Source of the DNA: Candidatus Aminicenantes bacterium
GTDB taxonomy: Bacteria; Acidobacteriota; Aminicenantia; Aminicenantales; Saccharicenantaceae
DNA length: 64,000 nucleotides
Direction: 5' to 3'
Assembly: GCA_963743205.1 (NCBI GenBank)
Contig: CAVUOW010000004.1
Span: forward strand, 133,327 to 197,326
This document shows positions 47,437-56,567 of the stretch, one piece after another. Both the position numbers and the translations under genes were made by a program. Below the pieces are notes generated by a model. That model ran no database searches, was not told where the DNA came from, and saw only the letters and a list, made by a program, of their open reading frames with translations. The number at the start of each line of letters is the position of its first letter. Position 1 is the stretch's first letter.

Positions 47437-49502
47437 ATGAGACGATTCGCCGCCCTGTTGCTCGTCGCGCTGGCCGCGCTGGGATTTCTCGCGTCCTGCG
47501 CCAAGTCGCAGGGGCGCCGCCCGGAAGAGCGGGGGCGAGCGGGCCTCCGGGAACGGGAACGGCGGCCCCGGGACCCGCGGCGATCGGGATCGACGAGCTG
47601 GCGCGCCTCGACCTGCTGCCGCAGCTCAAGCGGTCGGTCAAGGTCGGACTCGTCTCGAGCTACGACCGGAGCGGCGGCAACGACGACGGCTTCAGCGGCA
47701 AGTATTCGTTCATCCGCAAGGAGCCGGGCGGACTCGTCATTGCCGATCTCGAAGGTCCGGGGGCGATCTATCGCATCCACACGCCGACGCCGACGGACGA
47801 CATCGTCGAGTTCTATTTCGACGGCGAATTGGCTCCGCGGCTGAGCCTCAAGATCGCCGAGCTGTTCGACGGGACGCGGGCGCCGTTCCTCGCGCCGCTG
47901 GTCGGGTCGGGGTGGGCGGCTACACGTCTTATCTGCCGCTGACCTACAGGCGGTCGTGCAAGATCGTCGTCAAGGCCGAGACATTCCAGTTCTACGACAT
48001 CAACTACGCCGTGTTCCCGGCCGACGTCGAGGTCGAAACCTACGTGGACCCGCCGAAGACGGAGTTTCTGGCCCGGGTCGAGAAGGCGGCCGCGCTGTTG
48101 AGGCGGGCGGGAACGGACATCAGCGATGCGCTCGTCCCGGCGGGGACGCCGGTTTCGGGCGACCGGCAAGGCGAGACTGGAGCCCGGCGGGAAAGCGGTC
48201 CCTGCTGTGGGACGGCGAAGCCGGGACGGATCGTCGGGCTGCGTCTCGGTCCGGCTGCGGCGTTCGCGGGCGGCGGGCGTGACATTCTCATAAGGGCCTA
48301 CTGGGACGGCGCGGCCGAGCCGGCCATCGAATGTCCGGCGGGCGACCTGTTGGCTACAGCTTCGGCGATCCGGCGGTGCGGTGCCCATGCTCGGCACGAC
48401 GGCCGAGGGCGCGACGTCTCACTCCCCATGCCGTTCGAGCGCGGGGCACGGATCGAGCTCGGTTTCGGAAAGGGCGGCGGGGGGCGAGAGCGCCGGCGTC
48501 GATATCGAGGCCGAGATCGTCACCGCGCCGGTCGGGAAGAGATCCGTCGAGGGCCGCTTCTACGCGCGGTGGCGGCGCGAGATCCGTGCACGGAGGGGCA
48601 GCCCTACACGTATCTGCGGACGACCGGGAGAGGGCACGTCGTCGGGGTCATCCTCCAGGCCCAAGGGCTCGAGACCGGGAGCACGAACTTCTTCGAGGGC
48701 GACGACCGCGCCGTCATCGACGGGGGCGCTGGCCGTCCCCGGGACCGGCTCCGAGGATTCGTTCAACGGCGGCTGGTACGATGTGCCCGGGCGATGGGAG
48801 ACGCGGACGTCGCTCCCGATGAGCGGCTGCCTCGACTACAAGAAGCCGCAGGCGCGGACGGGCGGGTACCGGTTCTTTCTGCTCGATTCGTACGCTTATG
48901 CGAAATCGATCGACTACACGATCGAGCACGGCCCCGAAGGGAACGCCGTGCCGACCGACTACGCGAGCGTCGTCCTCTTCTATGCGCAGGACCGCCGCCG
49001 GCGGTCGAAGCGATGCGGCCGGTGGGAGAGCGGCGGGTCAGGGGCCTCGAGAGGCTCAGATTGATCCCCGGATGGGAACGTCCCCATCCAGATACGATGG
49101 TCGCTCCAGAACGCGGTCTGGACGAAGGCGTCGTCGGCCGTGGGCAGGGAGCGGGTGCGGGTGTCTGATGAAAACGAGCGGCGAGGACGTCTTCGGGCCG
49201 CAACGATGTGTCGTTTCGTTGCTGACCTCCGGAAGCGGGGCGGTATACGATCTCGGTCAAGGCCGTGCTGGGCCGGACCAGGGTCTTCTGAGGGTGTTCG
49301 AGCGGCGACAGACCGGCCGGGGAAGCGGTGGATCTTTATGCGGCGGGAACGGACCGTCGCCGGGCCGCTGCGGCTGGGAATCTTCGAGATGCGGAAAGGC
49401 GAGAACATCGTCTATCTGCATTTGGTGGGTGCCGATCCGCTGTCGAAGGGGATAGGATTCGAGATCGCGGAATTGATCTTTGAAAAGGCGAAGGAAGAGT
49501 GA
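47437..49502 (+). pseudogene. GH172/DUF2961-like lipoprotein gene with about ten frame changes
   Basis: Lipoprotein signal MRRFAALLLVALAALGFLASC. Conserved blocks are scattered over all three frames: SSYDRSGGNDDGFSGKY..GPGAIYRIHTP; GGYTSYLPLTYRRSCKIVV; GRIVGLRL; FGYSFGDP; LPMPFERGARIEL; GRFYARWRRE; GQPYTYLRTTGRGHVVGV..NFFEGDD; GTGSEDSFNGGWY. Confidence 0.7.
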
Positions 49503-49512
49503 GGAGAGACCC

Positions 49513-51354
49513 ATGTTCAAGATGAAGAAGCTGAAGATCGATCCGATCATCGTGCTCATCATGGCCGTCATTGCGGCCTTGCCGTTCCTGCCCTTCGCGT
49601 CTTCCCGATAGGGGAGCGCGGCGGTGCGGGCGCGGCGGCAGGGTCTTTCCGGCTCCGGCTCTCTCCCGATCGCTCACCGACGACGATGCCGCCTGGGTCC
49701 AGAAGACCCTGGCCGGGCTGACGCTGGAGAAGAAGATCGCCCAGATCATCACGGTGGACGCCGTCGGCGGCTATATCACGGACGACGATCCGCGTCTCGA
49801 CCGCTGGCTCTCCCTGGCCCGCGATCACGGGGTGGGCATGTTCGTCTTCTACGGCGGGACGCCACGCGACCGTCGCCCGCTTGCTCAACCGATTGCAGAA
49901 GGCCGCCGATATCCCGCTTCTCGTCAGCGCCGACTTCGAGGGCGGGCCGGGCCAGCAGGTGACGGGCGCGAGCGAATACCCGGCCAACATGGCCTTCGCC
50001 GCCGCCGGCTCCGACGATCTCATGTACCGAGCCGCCGCGGCCGCGGCCGTCGAGGGCCGGGCCATGGGCGTCCACCTGACGTACACGCCGGTCTGCGATA
50101 TCGCCTGGCGCCGCGGACAACCCGGGCCGAGCGTCCGCTCTTTCGGGGGCGATCTGGAGCTCCTCGGGCGCATGGTCAGGGCCTACGTCCGCGGCTACCA
50201 CGAGAACGGCATGCTGACGTCGGCCAAGCATCTTCCGGGACGGGGCGACGTCGAGAACATGCCGCAAAATCCCGGCTGGGCCTGGATCAACAAGCCGGCG
50301 GCGGACGTCGAAGCGGAGGAGTTCCGGGCATTCAAGCAGGGGATCGACGCCGGCGTCGATTTTGTCATGACCGAACACATCGCCGTGCCGCTCGGTGACC
50401 GGCGGGTCGGAGCTGCCGGCGAGCGTCGAGAAGAAGCTCGTCACCGGCTGGCTCAAGGGCAGGCTGGGATTCACCGGGGTCGTCACCTCGGACGACCTCT
50501 GGTACGACAACGTGATCGCGCGATTCGGGGCCGAGGAGGTGGCCGTGAAGGCCTTCGAGGCCGGCCACGACGTCATCCTCAAGCCGAAAGATCCGGTCAA
50601 GGCGATCGCGGCGCTCGCGGACGCGGTCCGGTCCGGCCGCATCCCGAAGAGCCGGGTCGACGAGGCCGTGAGCAAAGTTCTGACGCTCAAGGCCAGGCTT
50701 GGCCTGTACAAAGCTCGATTCGTGGACGAAGCGCGCGTCGGGGAGTTCGTCGGGACGGCGGCGCATCAGGCCATCGTCCAGGAGGCCGCCGACCGGTCGT
50801 TGACCATGCTCAAGAACGACGGTGTCCTGCCGTTGAGTGCGGCGGGTGCTGGCGCGGGCGCGGCGCGGAAGATCGTCAACATCAACGTCCAAAAGGTCGA
50901 CGGTGATCCCATGCCGGCCGCACTCGCGGCCAAGCTCGCGGCGGCGTTCCCGGGGACGAGGAGCTTCGCTCTGCGACCCGACATGGACGCGGCCTATTAT
51001 GAGACTGTCTGGAAAGCGGTGGGGGAGTCCGACGTCGTTGTGTTGTCGCTTTTCGTGGCCAGGAACAGGATGGGAGACGCGGCGCCTTTCCGTGACGGCG
51101 ACCTCGCCTTCTTGAGAAGGGTCATCGCGGCCAAGCCGAAAGCAGTCGTGGCCATGGCCTACGGCAATCCTCAGCTCGTCAGGAAGATCCCCGACGTTCC
51201 CGCATTCCTCGTCGGCTACGGCGAGCGCGGCTGGTTCGGGAACCAGGGGGTCTATTTCGATTCGTTCATCAAGGCCCTCAAGGGCGAGCTCAAGCCCTCA
51301 GGGCGCCTGCCCGTCCACGTCAGCATGCAGTACCCCATCGGAGCTGGTCTGTAA
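49513..51354 (+). pseudogene. glycoside hydrolase family 3 (NagZ-like beta-hexosaminidase), with three frameshifts
   Basis: Signal MFKMKKLKIDPIIVLIMAVIAALPFLPFA. GH3 blocks are spread over successive frames: KKIAQIITVD, ADFEGGPGQ, SFGGD, KHLPGRGD, GFTGVVTSDDL. Frame changes lie near 49600, 49865 and 50395. Confidence 0.75.
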
Positions 51355-51367
51355 GGGGGTTTGTAAG

Positions 51368-51622
51368 GGGGTCGGACCACAGGAGTTTCTTTACTTTTCA
51401 GCAACTTAGTTAAGATTTTAGTTCGTTTTTAGCCTTATTTATGGCACTTTTGGCCCCAAAAAGACCTAAGATAGCGGAAGGGACTTTGGGAATATCTCGC
51501 CCCAGAGTCCCGGATCCTAATCTTTCATTTTCGGGGTTAAAAACCCCTGAGTTAAGCCAAAATATCTGCAAAAAATGGTGTTAAGTTATTGATAAATAAT
51601 TGAATTGCTGTGGTCCGACCCC
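51368..51622 (+). mobile_element. MITE family 1, copy C (255 bp)
   Basis: Termini at 51368-51382 and 51608-51622. The 11-bp TGTAAGGGGGT is duplicated at its left edge (51350-51360 and 51362-51372). Confidence 0.85.
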
Positions 51623-51631
51623 ATTAATCTC

Positions 51632-53179
51632 TTACTCAGGCCAGAGCCGGAACATAGCGACCCCATGGCGGGCGACGTAGGCCGTGAAGGAGCCGTCGAA
51701 GACGCCAATGTCCTTCCGCCGCCACAGGTCGCGGACCTTTTGCGGCCCAGAGGCGCCGAGGTCGGACCAGAGGGCGGTGACCTCGGCCAGCCGGTCGCCG
51801 CGGTTGAACAGGCCGAAGGCCTTCGAGCCATCCTCGAGCTCACGCACCCAGACCTCGATAGCGCCGTTCTTCGAGACGCGTCGGCCGGGCTTTCCGAGCG
51901 GGTCCTGATCGACGTCGATAATATCGTCGTTCGTGAGCAGGCCGAGGGTGAAGTCGTCGAGGCGGGTGATGTCGCCGCTGAAAATGAGCGGCGCCGCGAC
52001 GAGCGACCACAGCGAGACGTGGGTGTATTGTTCGTTCGGCGAGAGGGGCGAGGCCTCGTTGCCGCCCTCCTTGTCATCGACGAAGACGGAGCTGAGGATG
52101 CCGATGAGGAGATAATCGGGGTCGTTCCAGCCGCCCGGGCCGCCGTAGCGGTGGAGCTCGTTCGTGGAGTAGACGTCGAAGCCGTCGCGGAAGAGGTTGC
52201 CGACGACGTCGTGGCCGAGGTCGCCCGCGGTGCGCCAGCTGTTGCCGCCGACCTCGCGGCCCCATTCCCAGACGTTGCCCATGCCGTACTGGCACAGGTT
52301 GAGGACGATGTCGCGCGGCTGCTTGGCGATGATGGAGCTGATGAGGCGGTAGGGCTTCTGGAGCTCGTCGCGGCTCTTCTCGTCCGTGGCGATGCTTCCG
52401 TAGGAGCACCAGTCGTACTTCAGGAAATCGAAGCCCCACTCGACGAAGCGCCGGACGTCGAGCTCCTCATGCTGCCAGGCCGCGGTGTAGCCCGCGCAGG
52501 TCGTCGGGCCGGGCGAGGTGTAGATGCCGGCCTTGAGGCCCTTCGCATGAATGTAGTCGGTCATGGCCTTCATGTCCGGGAAGCGGCCATTGGCGTTGAT
52601 CATGCCGTGGGGGTCGCGGGGCTCGCCGCGGAGGGAGGGATCGTCGGCCTCGGGGCGGACGGACCAGCAGTCGTCGATGTTGACGTACTGGTAGCCGTGG
52701 TCGATCATGCCGGTCGAGACCATGGCGTCCGCGGCGCGGCGCATGATCTCGTCGGTGACGCGGTTCTCCCAGACGTACCAGCTGTTCCAGCCCATGTGCG
52801 GCGTCAGGGCCAGGGTGTGGCCGCAGACGATCTTGAACGGCCGCGAGTCTGTGCCGAGGCGGTTGGTCGCGGTGAAGGTGACGGGATAGCTGCCAGGAGC
52901 GGCGAGAGCGCCGGTGATCTGGCCGGTCGCCGTGTCGAGCATGAGGCCTTCGGGGAGGTTCTCGACGGCGAAAGTCATCGGCCGCTCGCCCGTCGCCGGG
53001 ATGGTGAAAAGGAATGGCGATCCGGGACGGACGCCGAAGACGCGGGCGCCGTTGACGCGAGGCTCCGGGCCAGGCTTAGGAGTGAGGACGATCTTCGGCT
53101 CGGCGGCGAGAGCGACCGAAACGAGCGCTATAGCAGCGATGGCGCCGGTCAGGATCGAGGCGCGGGTCTTTTTGTTCAT
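51632..53179 (-). CDS. alpha-galactosidase, glycoside hydrolase family 27
   Basis: TPHMGWNSWY and YQYVNIDDCW catalytic-region motifs, with an N-terminal Ig-like region and signal peptide MNKKTRASILTGAIAAIALV. ATG 53179 is preceded by GAAGGAG. Confidence 0.85.
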   Translation of the reverse strand: MNKKTRASILTGAIAAIALVSVALAAEPKIVLTPKPGPEPRVNGARVFGVRPGSPFLFTIPATGERPMTFAVENLPEGLMLDTATGQITGALAAPGSYPVTFTATNRLGTDSRPFKIVCGHTLALTPHMGWNSWYVWENRVTDEIMRRAADAMVSTGMIDHGYQYVNIDDCWSVRPEADDPSLRGEPRDPHGMINANGRFPDMKAMTDYIHAKGLKAGIYTSPGPTTCAGYTAAWQHEELDVRRFVEWGFDFLKYDWCSYGSIATDEKSRDELQKPYRLISSIIAKQPRDIVLNLCQYGMGNVWEWGREVGGNSWRTAGDLGHDVVGNLFRDGFDVYSTNELHRYGGPGGWNDPDYLLIGILSSVFVDDKEGGNEASPLSPNEQYTHVSLWSLVAAPLIFSGDITRLDDFTLGLLTNDDIIDVDQDPLGKPGRRVSKNGAIEVWVRELEDGSKAFGLFNRGDRLAEVTALWSDLGASGPQKVRDLWRRKDIGVFDGSFTAYVARHGVAMFRLWPE

Positions 53180-53211
53180 CGGCGGAGACTCCTTCACGAC
53201 GGCGTGCCGGT

Positions 53212-53238
53212 ATTATAACAAGTTAAAGAAGGGGTCAA
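53212..53238 (-). promoter_or_regulatory. TATAAT box with -35-like TTGACC contributed by the family-2 element terminus
   Basis: Minus strand reads TTGACC (complement of 53233-38, inside the terminus)-15 nt-TATAAT (complement of 53212-17), 33 nt upstream of the GH27 ATG. The spacer is short. Confidence 0.3.
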
Positions 53239-53323
53239 ACCTTAATTCTTATAATTTCCTATGACTTCGCCGGACCGGCCCGACCAGGTCTTCCCGAAAT
53301 TATAAGAATTAAGGTTTGACCCC
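53231..53323. mobile_element. 93-bp miniature inverted-repeat element, family 2, copy 2
   Basis: 28-bp perfect inverted termini GGGGTCAAACCTTAATTCTTATAATTTC. The interior is unrelated to copy 1. Confidence 0.75.
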
Positions 53324-53343
53324 TTCAGGCTTGCCGGGGAATT

Positions 53344-53365
53344 CGGAAATTGGTATTGTGTCCCC
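53344..53365 (+). repeat. 22-nt identical core CGGAAATTGGTATTGTGTCCCC, copy 2
   Basis: Ends 16 nt before ATG 53382 with GGAGG in between. Confidence 0.8.
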
Positions 53366-53381
53366 AAATTGGAGGCGAATC

Positions 53382-56300
53382 ATGACCAAGTCCCGACGCC
53401 TTGTCCGCACGATCTCCCCGATCCTGCTCCTAGCGCTCGTCTCTGTGGCGATCCTCGTCGCCGCGACCGCGCAAAGCGGCCCGGGAGACCGCGCCCCCCG
53501 AGTTGACTGTCAAGTGCCGTCCCGACCCGCATCCCTGGCCGCCCCAACTCAGACCTCTTCAGCTCAGGTCCAGGCCAAGAACCCCTACGCGCCTGACACC
53601 GTCGAGCCGGGGTCGGTCGAGGCCATCGCCAAGGACACGACCGAGCCGCGCTTCGGCAATCCTTGGGTCGCTTACCTGCCCGATTCGGCCACTGTGCCCT
53701 CGCCGGCGGAATATCTCGGCCATGCCGTCGGCGCCTCCGGCGAGCTCTCCTCGACGGCCAAGATCTACGGCTACTTCCGCAAGCTTGCCGAGACTTCGCC
53801 CCGCGTCCGCGTCCAGACGATCGGCCGGACCGAGGAGGGCCGCGAGATCCTCCTCGCCGCCGTCGCTGACGAAGACGGCATCCGCGACCTCGACCGCCTC
53901 AAGGAGGCGACCGCCGCGCTGGCCGACCCGCGCAAGACGACACCCGAGGCCGCCGAAGCCGTCATCGCCTCCGCGCGCCCCGTCTATTATTTCAACGCCG
54001 GGCTCCATTCGACCGAGACCGGCAGCCCTGAGATGGTCATGGAGATGGCCTACCGGCTGGCCGTATCCGACCAGCCGATGATCCGCAAGATCCGCGGCGA
54101 GGTCCTGGTCCTGATCAACCCCGTCTCGGAGCCCGACGGCCGCGACAAGGCGGTCGACTGGTTCTACCGCTACCTCAAGGGCAAAACGGACTTCGACGCG
54201 CTCCCTCCCGATTCGCCGCCCTACTGGGGCTTCTACGTCTTCCACGATAATAATCGCGACTCGCACCAGGAGTCGCTGCAGCTGTCCAAAGCCGTCGGCC
54301 GGATGTTCTTCGAGTATCACCCGACGGTCATCCACGACCTCCACGAGTCGATCCCGCTTCTCCAGACCTGGAACGGCACGGGGCCGTTCAACGTCAACAT
54401 CGACCCGATCCTTCTCAACGAGTGGTTCGCCATGTCGATGGCCGAGCTCGGCGCGCTGACGTCGGCCGGCATGCCCGGCGTCTGGACGTGGGGCTTCAGC
54501 GACGGCTGGGAGCACGTCTTCCTCGATTCGATCGGCGTCAACCATAACAGCATCGGCCGCGGCTACGAGACCTTCGGCAACGGCACGGCCGAGACGGTCG
54601 AGCGCATCCTGAGGCCGGACGAGGAGCGCTACGCCGGGCGCCCGGTCACGAGCCGGGAATGGTACCGGCCGATGCCGCCGCCGCGCAAGTTCATGTGGTC
54701 CCTGCGCGACAACACGAACTACATGGAGAGCGGCTGCCTCGCGGCGCTCGATTACACGGCCAAGAACGCCAAGGAGATGCTGCGCGATTTCTATCGCAAG
54801 AGCTACAACTCCTGGCAGAAGGGCGTCAAAGGCGAGCCGTACGCGTTCGCCATCGCGGCCGAGCAAGGCGACAGGCGGCGGGTGGCCGACATGGTCAGCC
54901 TGCTGATGCAGCACGGCATCGAGGCCGGGAAGGCGACCGCCGCGTTCAAGGTCGCGGAAGGGGAGTTCCCCGCGGGGACTTACATCGTGCGGCTCGATCA
55001 GCCGTATCGAAATTACGCCGTGGACCTGCTCACGCCGCAGATCTTCCCGCCGGACGCCGTGTATGAGCCCTACGACGACGTGTCGTGGTCGCTTCCGATC
55101 CACTACGGGCTCGAGGCCAAGCGCATCAACGACGTCAAGATCAAGGATGTGGCGCTCGAGGCCCTCAAGGTCGGCTTCGCGACGTCAGGGAACGTGAACG
55201 GAGCGGGGCCGGTGCTCTTATTGAAAGACACGGGCCAGGAGGGACTGCTCGCGCTGCGCGCGCGCCTCGCCGCGTTCAAGGTCGAGATCGCCGAGAAGGC
55301 GTTCAAGGCCGGGGACAAGGATTATCCCGCCGGGTCATGGATCATGGCCGACCAGAAAGGGCTCGCGGAAGCGGTCAAGCGGGCGGCGGCGGAGCTGGCG
55401 CTCGATTTCGAAAGCGCCGCGGCGGCGCCGGATGTCGCGCGCCACGAGTCGAAGCTGCCGCGCCTGGCCGTCTGGCACACGTGGGCGGATACGGAAGCCG
55501 TCGGCTGGATCCGATTCGTCCTCGACCGGGAAAGAGTCCCTTATACGTACATCCGCGACGAAGATGTGCGCGCCGGCCGCCTCAAAGACCGCTTCGACGT
55601 CATCATCTTCGGCCACAACTATCTCGATCTGCAGGACCAGATCCTGGGCGTCGACAAGAAGTGGGGCCCGCTGGCCTACAAGAAGACGAAAGAGACGCCC
55701 AACCTCGGCGTTCCCGACGCGTCCGAGAACATCACCGGGGGGATCGGCTGGGCCGGCATGGCCAAGCTCGAGGAGTACCTCAACGCCGGCGGCGTGTTCG
55801 TGACGCTCGGCAACGGCTCGGCGATCGCCCTTCAGGGCGGGCTCGTCAGGGACGTCTCTCGGAGGGGCGGGTCCGTGTTCACGCCCGGGTCGGAGCTCAA
55901 GGCGAAGTTCGTGCGGCCGGACCATCCCCTGGCATACGGCTTCCCGGAGGTGACGTCGGCCTTCCGGTCGATGCTGCCCGTTTACGATATCGCCCGGTCA
56001 GGTCGGGGAGGGGTCGTTCTGCAGTGGGGCGCGAAGCTCAGGGCCGAGGATAGGGAAGAAGAGAAACCGGACGCCGCGAAGGCGACGGACGTGGCGGCAG
56101 GGGCGGCAGGTACTGCGGCTGCGGCGGCGGGCACGGCGGGCGCGAAAGAGTCCGGGACGGCCGGTGCGCCGGGGCAAGCCGCGACCGCAACGGCGAAAAA
56201 AGAAGAGGTCAAGATGCTCGTCAGCGGCGCCATCAAGGGCGATGACGAGCTCGAGGGCCGCCCCGCTATCCTGGATCTCCCGGCCGGCAAGGGTCGCGTC

Positions 56301-56411
56301 ATCGCCTTCCTTTTCAACCCGATCCACCGCGACCTCAACCGCTCCGACCATCGCTTCCTCTGGAACGTCCTGTTGAATTGGGAAAAGATTGGGGTCGGAC
56401 CACAGCTTTAG
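53382..56411 (+). CDS. M14-family zinc carboxypeptidase-like protein (large, secreted)
   Basis: 1009 aa. Signal/anchor, GLHSTETGSPE (HxxE zinc motif) and NPVSEPDGRD. The last 6 codons and the stop lie in the MITE D terminus (..GVGPQL*). Confidence 0.75.
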   Translation: MTKSRRLVRTISPILLLALVSVAILVAATAQSGPGDRAPRVDCQVPSRPASLAAPTQTSSAQVQAKNPYAPDTVEPGSVEAIAKDTTEPRFGNPWVAYLPDSATVPSPAEYLGHAVGASGELSSTAKIYGYFRKLAETSPRVRVQTIGRTEEGREILLAAVADEDGIRDLDRLKEATAALADPRKTTPEAAEAVIASARPVYYFNAGLHSTETGSPEMVMEMAYRLAVSDQPMIRKIRGEVLVLINPVSEPDGRDKAVDWFYRYLKGKTDFDALPPDSPPYWGFYVFHDNNRDSHQESLQLSKAVGRMFFEYHPTVIHDLHESIPLLQTWNGTGPFNVNIDPILLNEWFAMSMAELGALTSAGMPGVWTWGFSDGWEHVFLDSIGVNHNSIGRGYETFGNGTAETVERILRPDEERYAGRPVTSREWYRPMPPPRKFMWSLRDNTNYMESGCLAALDYTAKNAKEMLRDFYRKSYNSWQKGVKGEPYAFAIAAEQGDRRRVADMVSLLMQHGIEAGKATAAFKVAEGEFPAGTYIVRLDQPYRNYAVDLLTPQIFPPDAVYEPYDDVSWSLPIHYGLEAKRINDVKIKDVALEALKVGFATSGNVNGAGPVLLLKDTGQEGLLALRARLAAFKVEIAEKAFKAGDKDYPAGSWIMADQKGLAEAVKRAAAELALDFESAAAAPDVARHESKLPRLAVWHTWADTEAVGWIRFVLDRERVPYTYIRDEDVRAGRLKDRFDVIIFGHNYLDLQDQILGVDKKWGPLAYKKTKETPNLGVPDASENITGGIGWAGMAKLEEYLNAGGVFVTLGNGSAIALQGGLVRDVSRRGGSVFTPGSELKAKFVRPDHPLAYGFPEVTSAFRSMLPVYDIARSGRGGVVLQWGAKLRAEDREEEKPDAAKATDVAAGAAGTAAAAAGTAGAKESGTAGAPGQAATATAKKEEVKMLVSGAIKGDDELEGRPAILDLPAGKGRVIAFLFNPIHRDLNRSDHRFLWNVLLNWEKIGVGPQL

Positions 56412-56545
56412 GAACATAATCAACAATTTAGGTCCAGTTTTGGGGATCGCATGGGGTTAAATGTGGTGTTTTTGGGCCCAAAAATGAAAGGGCTTTTCGG
56501 AACTTTGATTTGATCGCGATCGTTAAGATTGAAACGAATCGATGA
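56391..56545 (+). mobile_element. MITE family 1, copy D (left end only; right boundary approximate)
   Basis: Left terminus at 56391-56405. The interior is homologous to copy A, including the perfect palindrome TTTTTGGGCCCAAAAA (56469-56484). No right terminus. Confidence 0.65.
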
Positions 56546-56567
56546 CACTCATGGACACGGAGGGATC

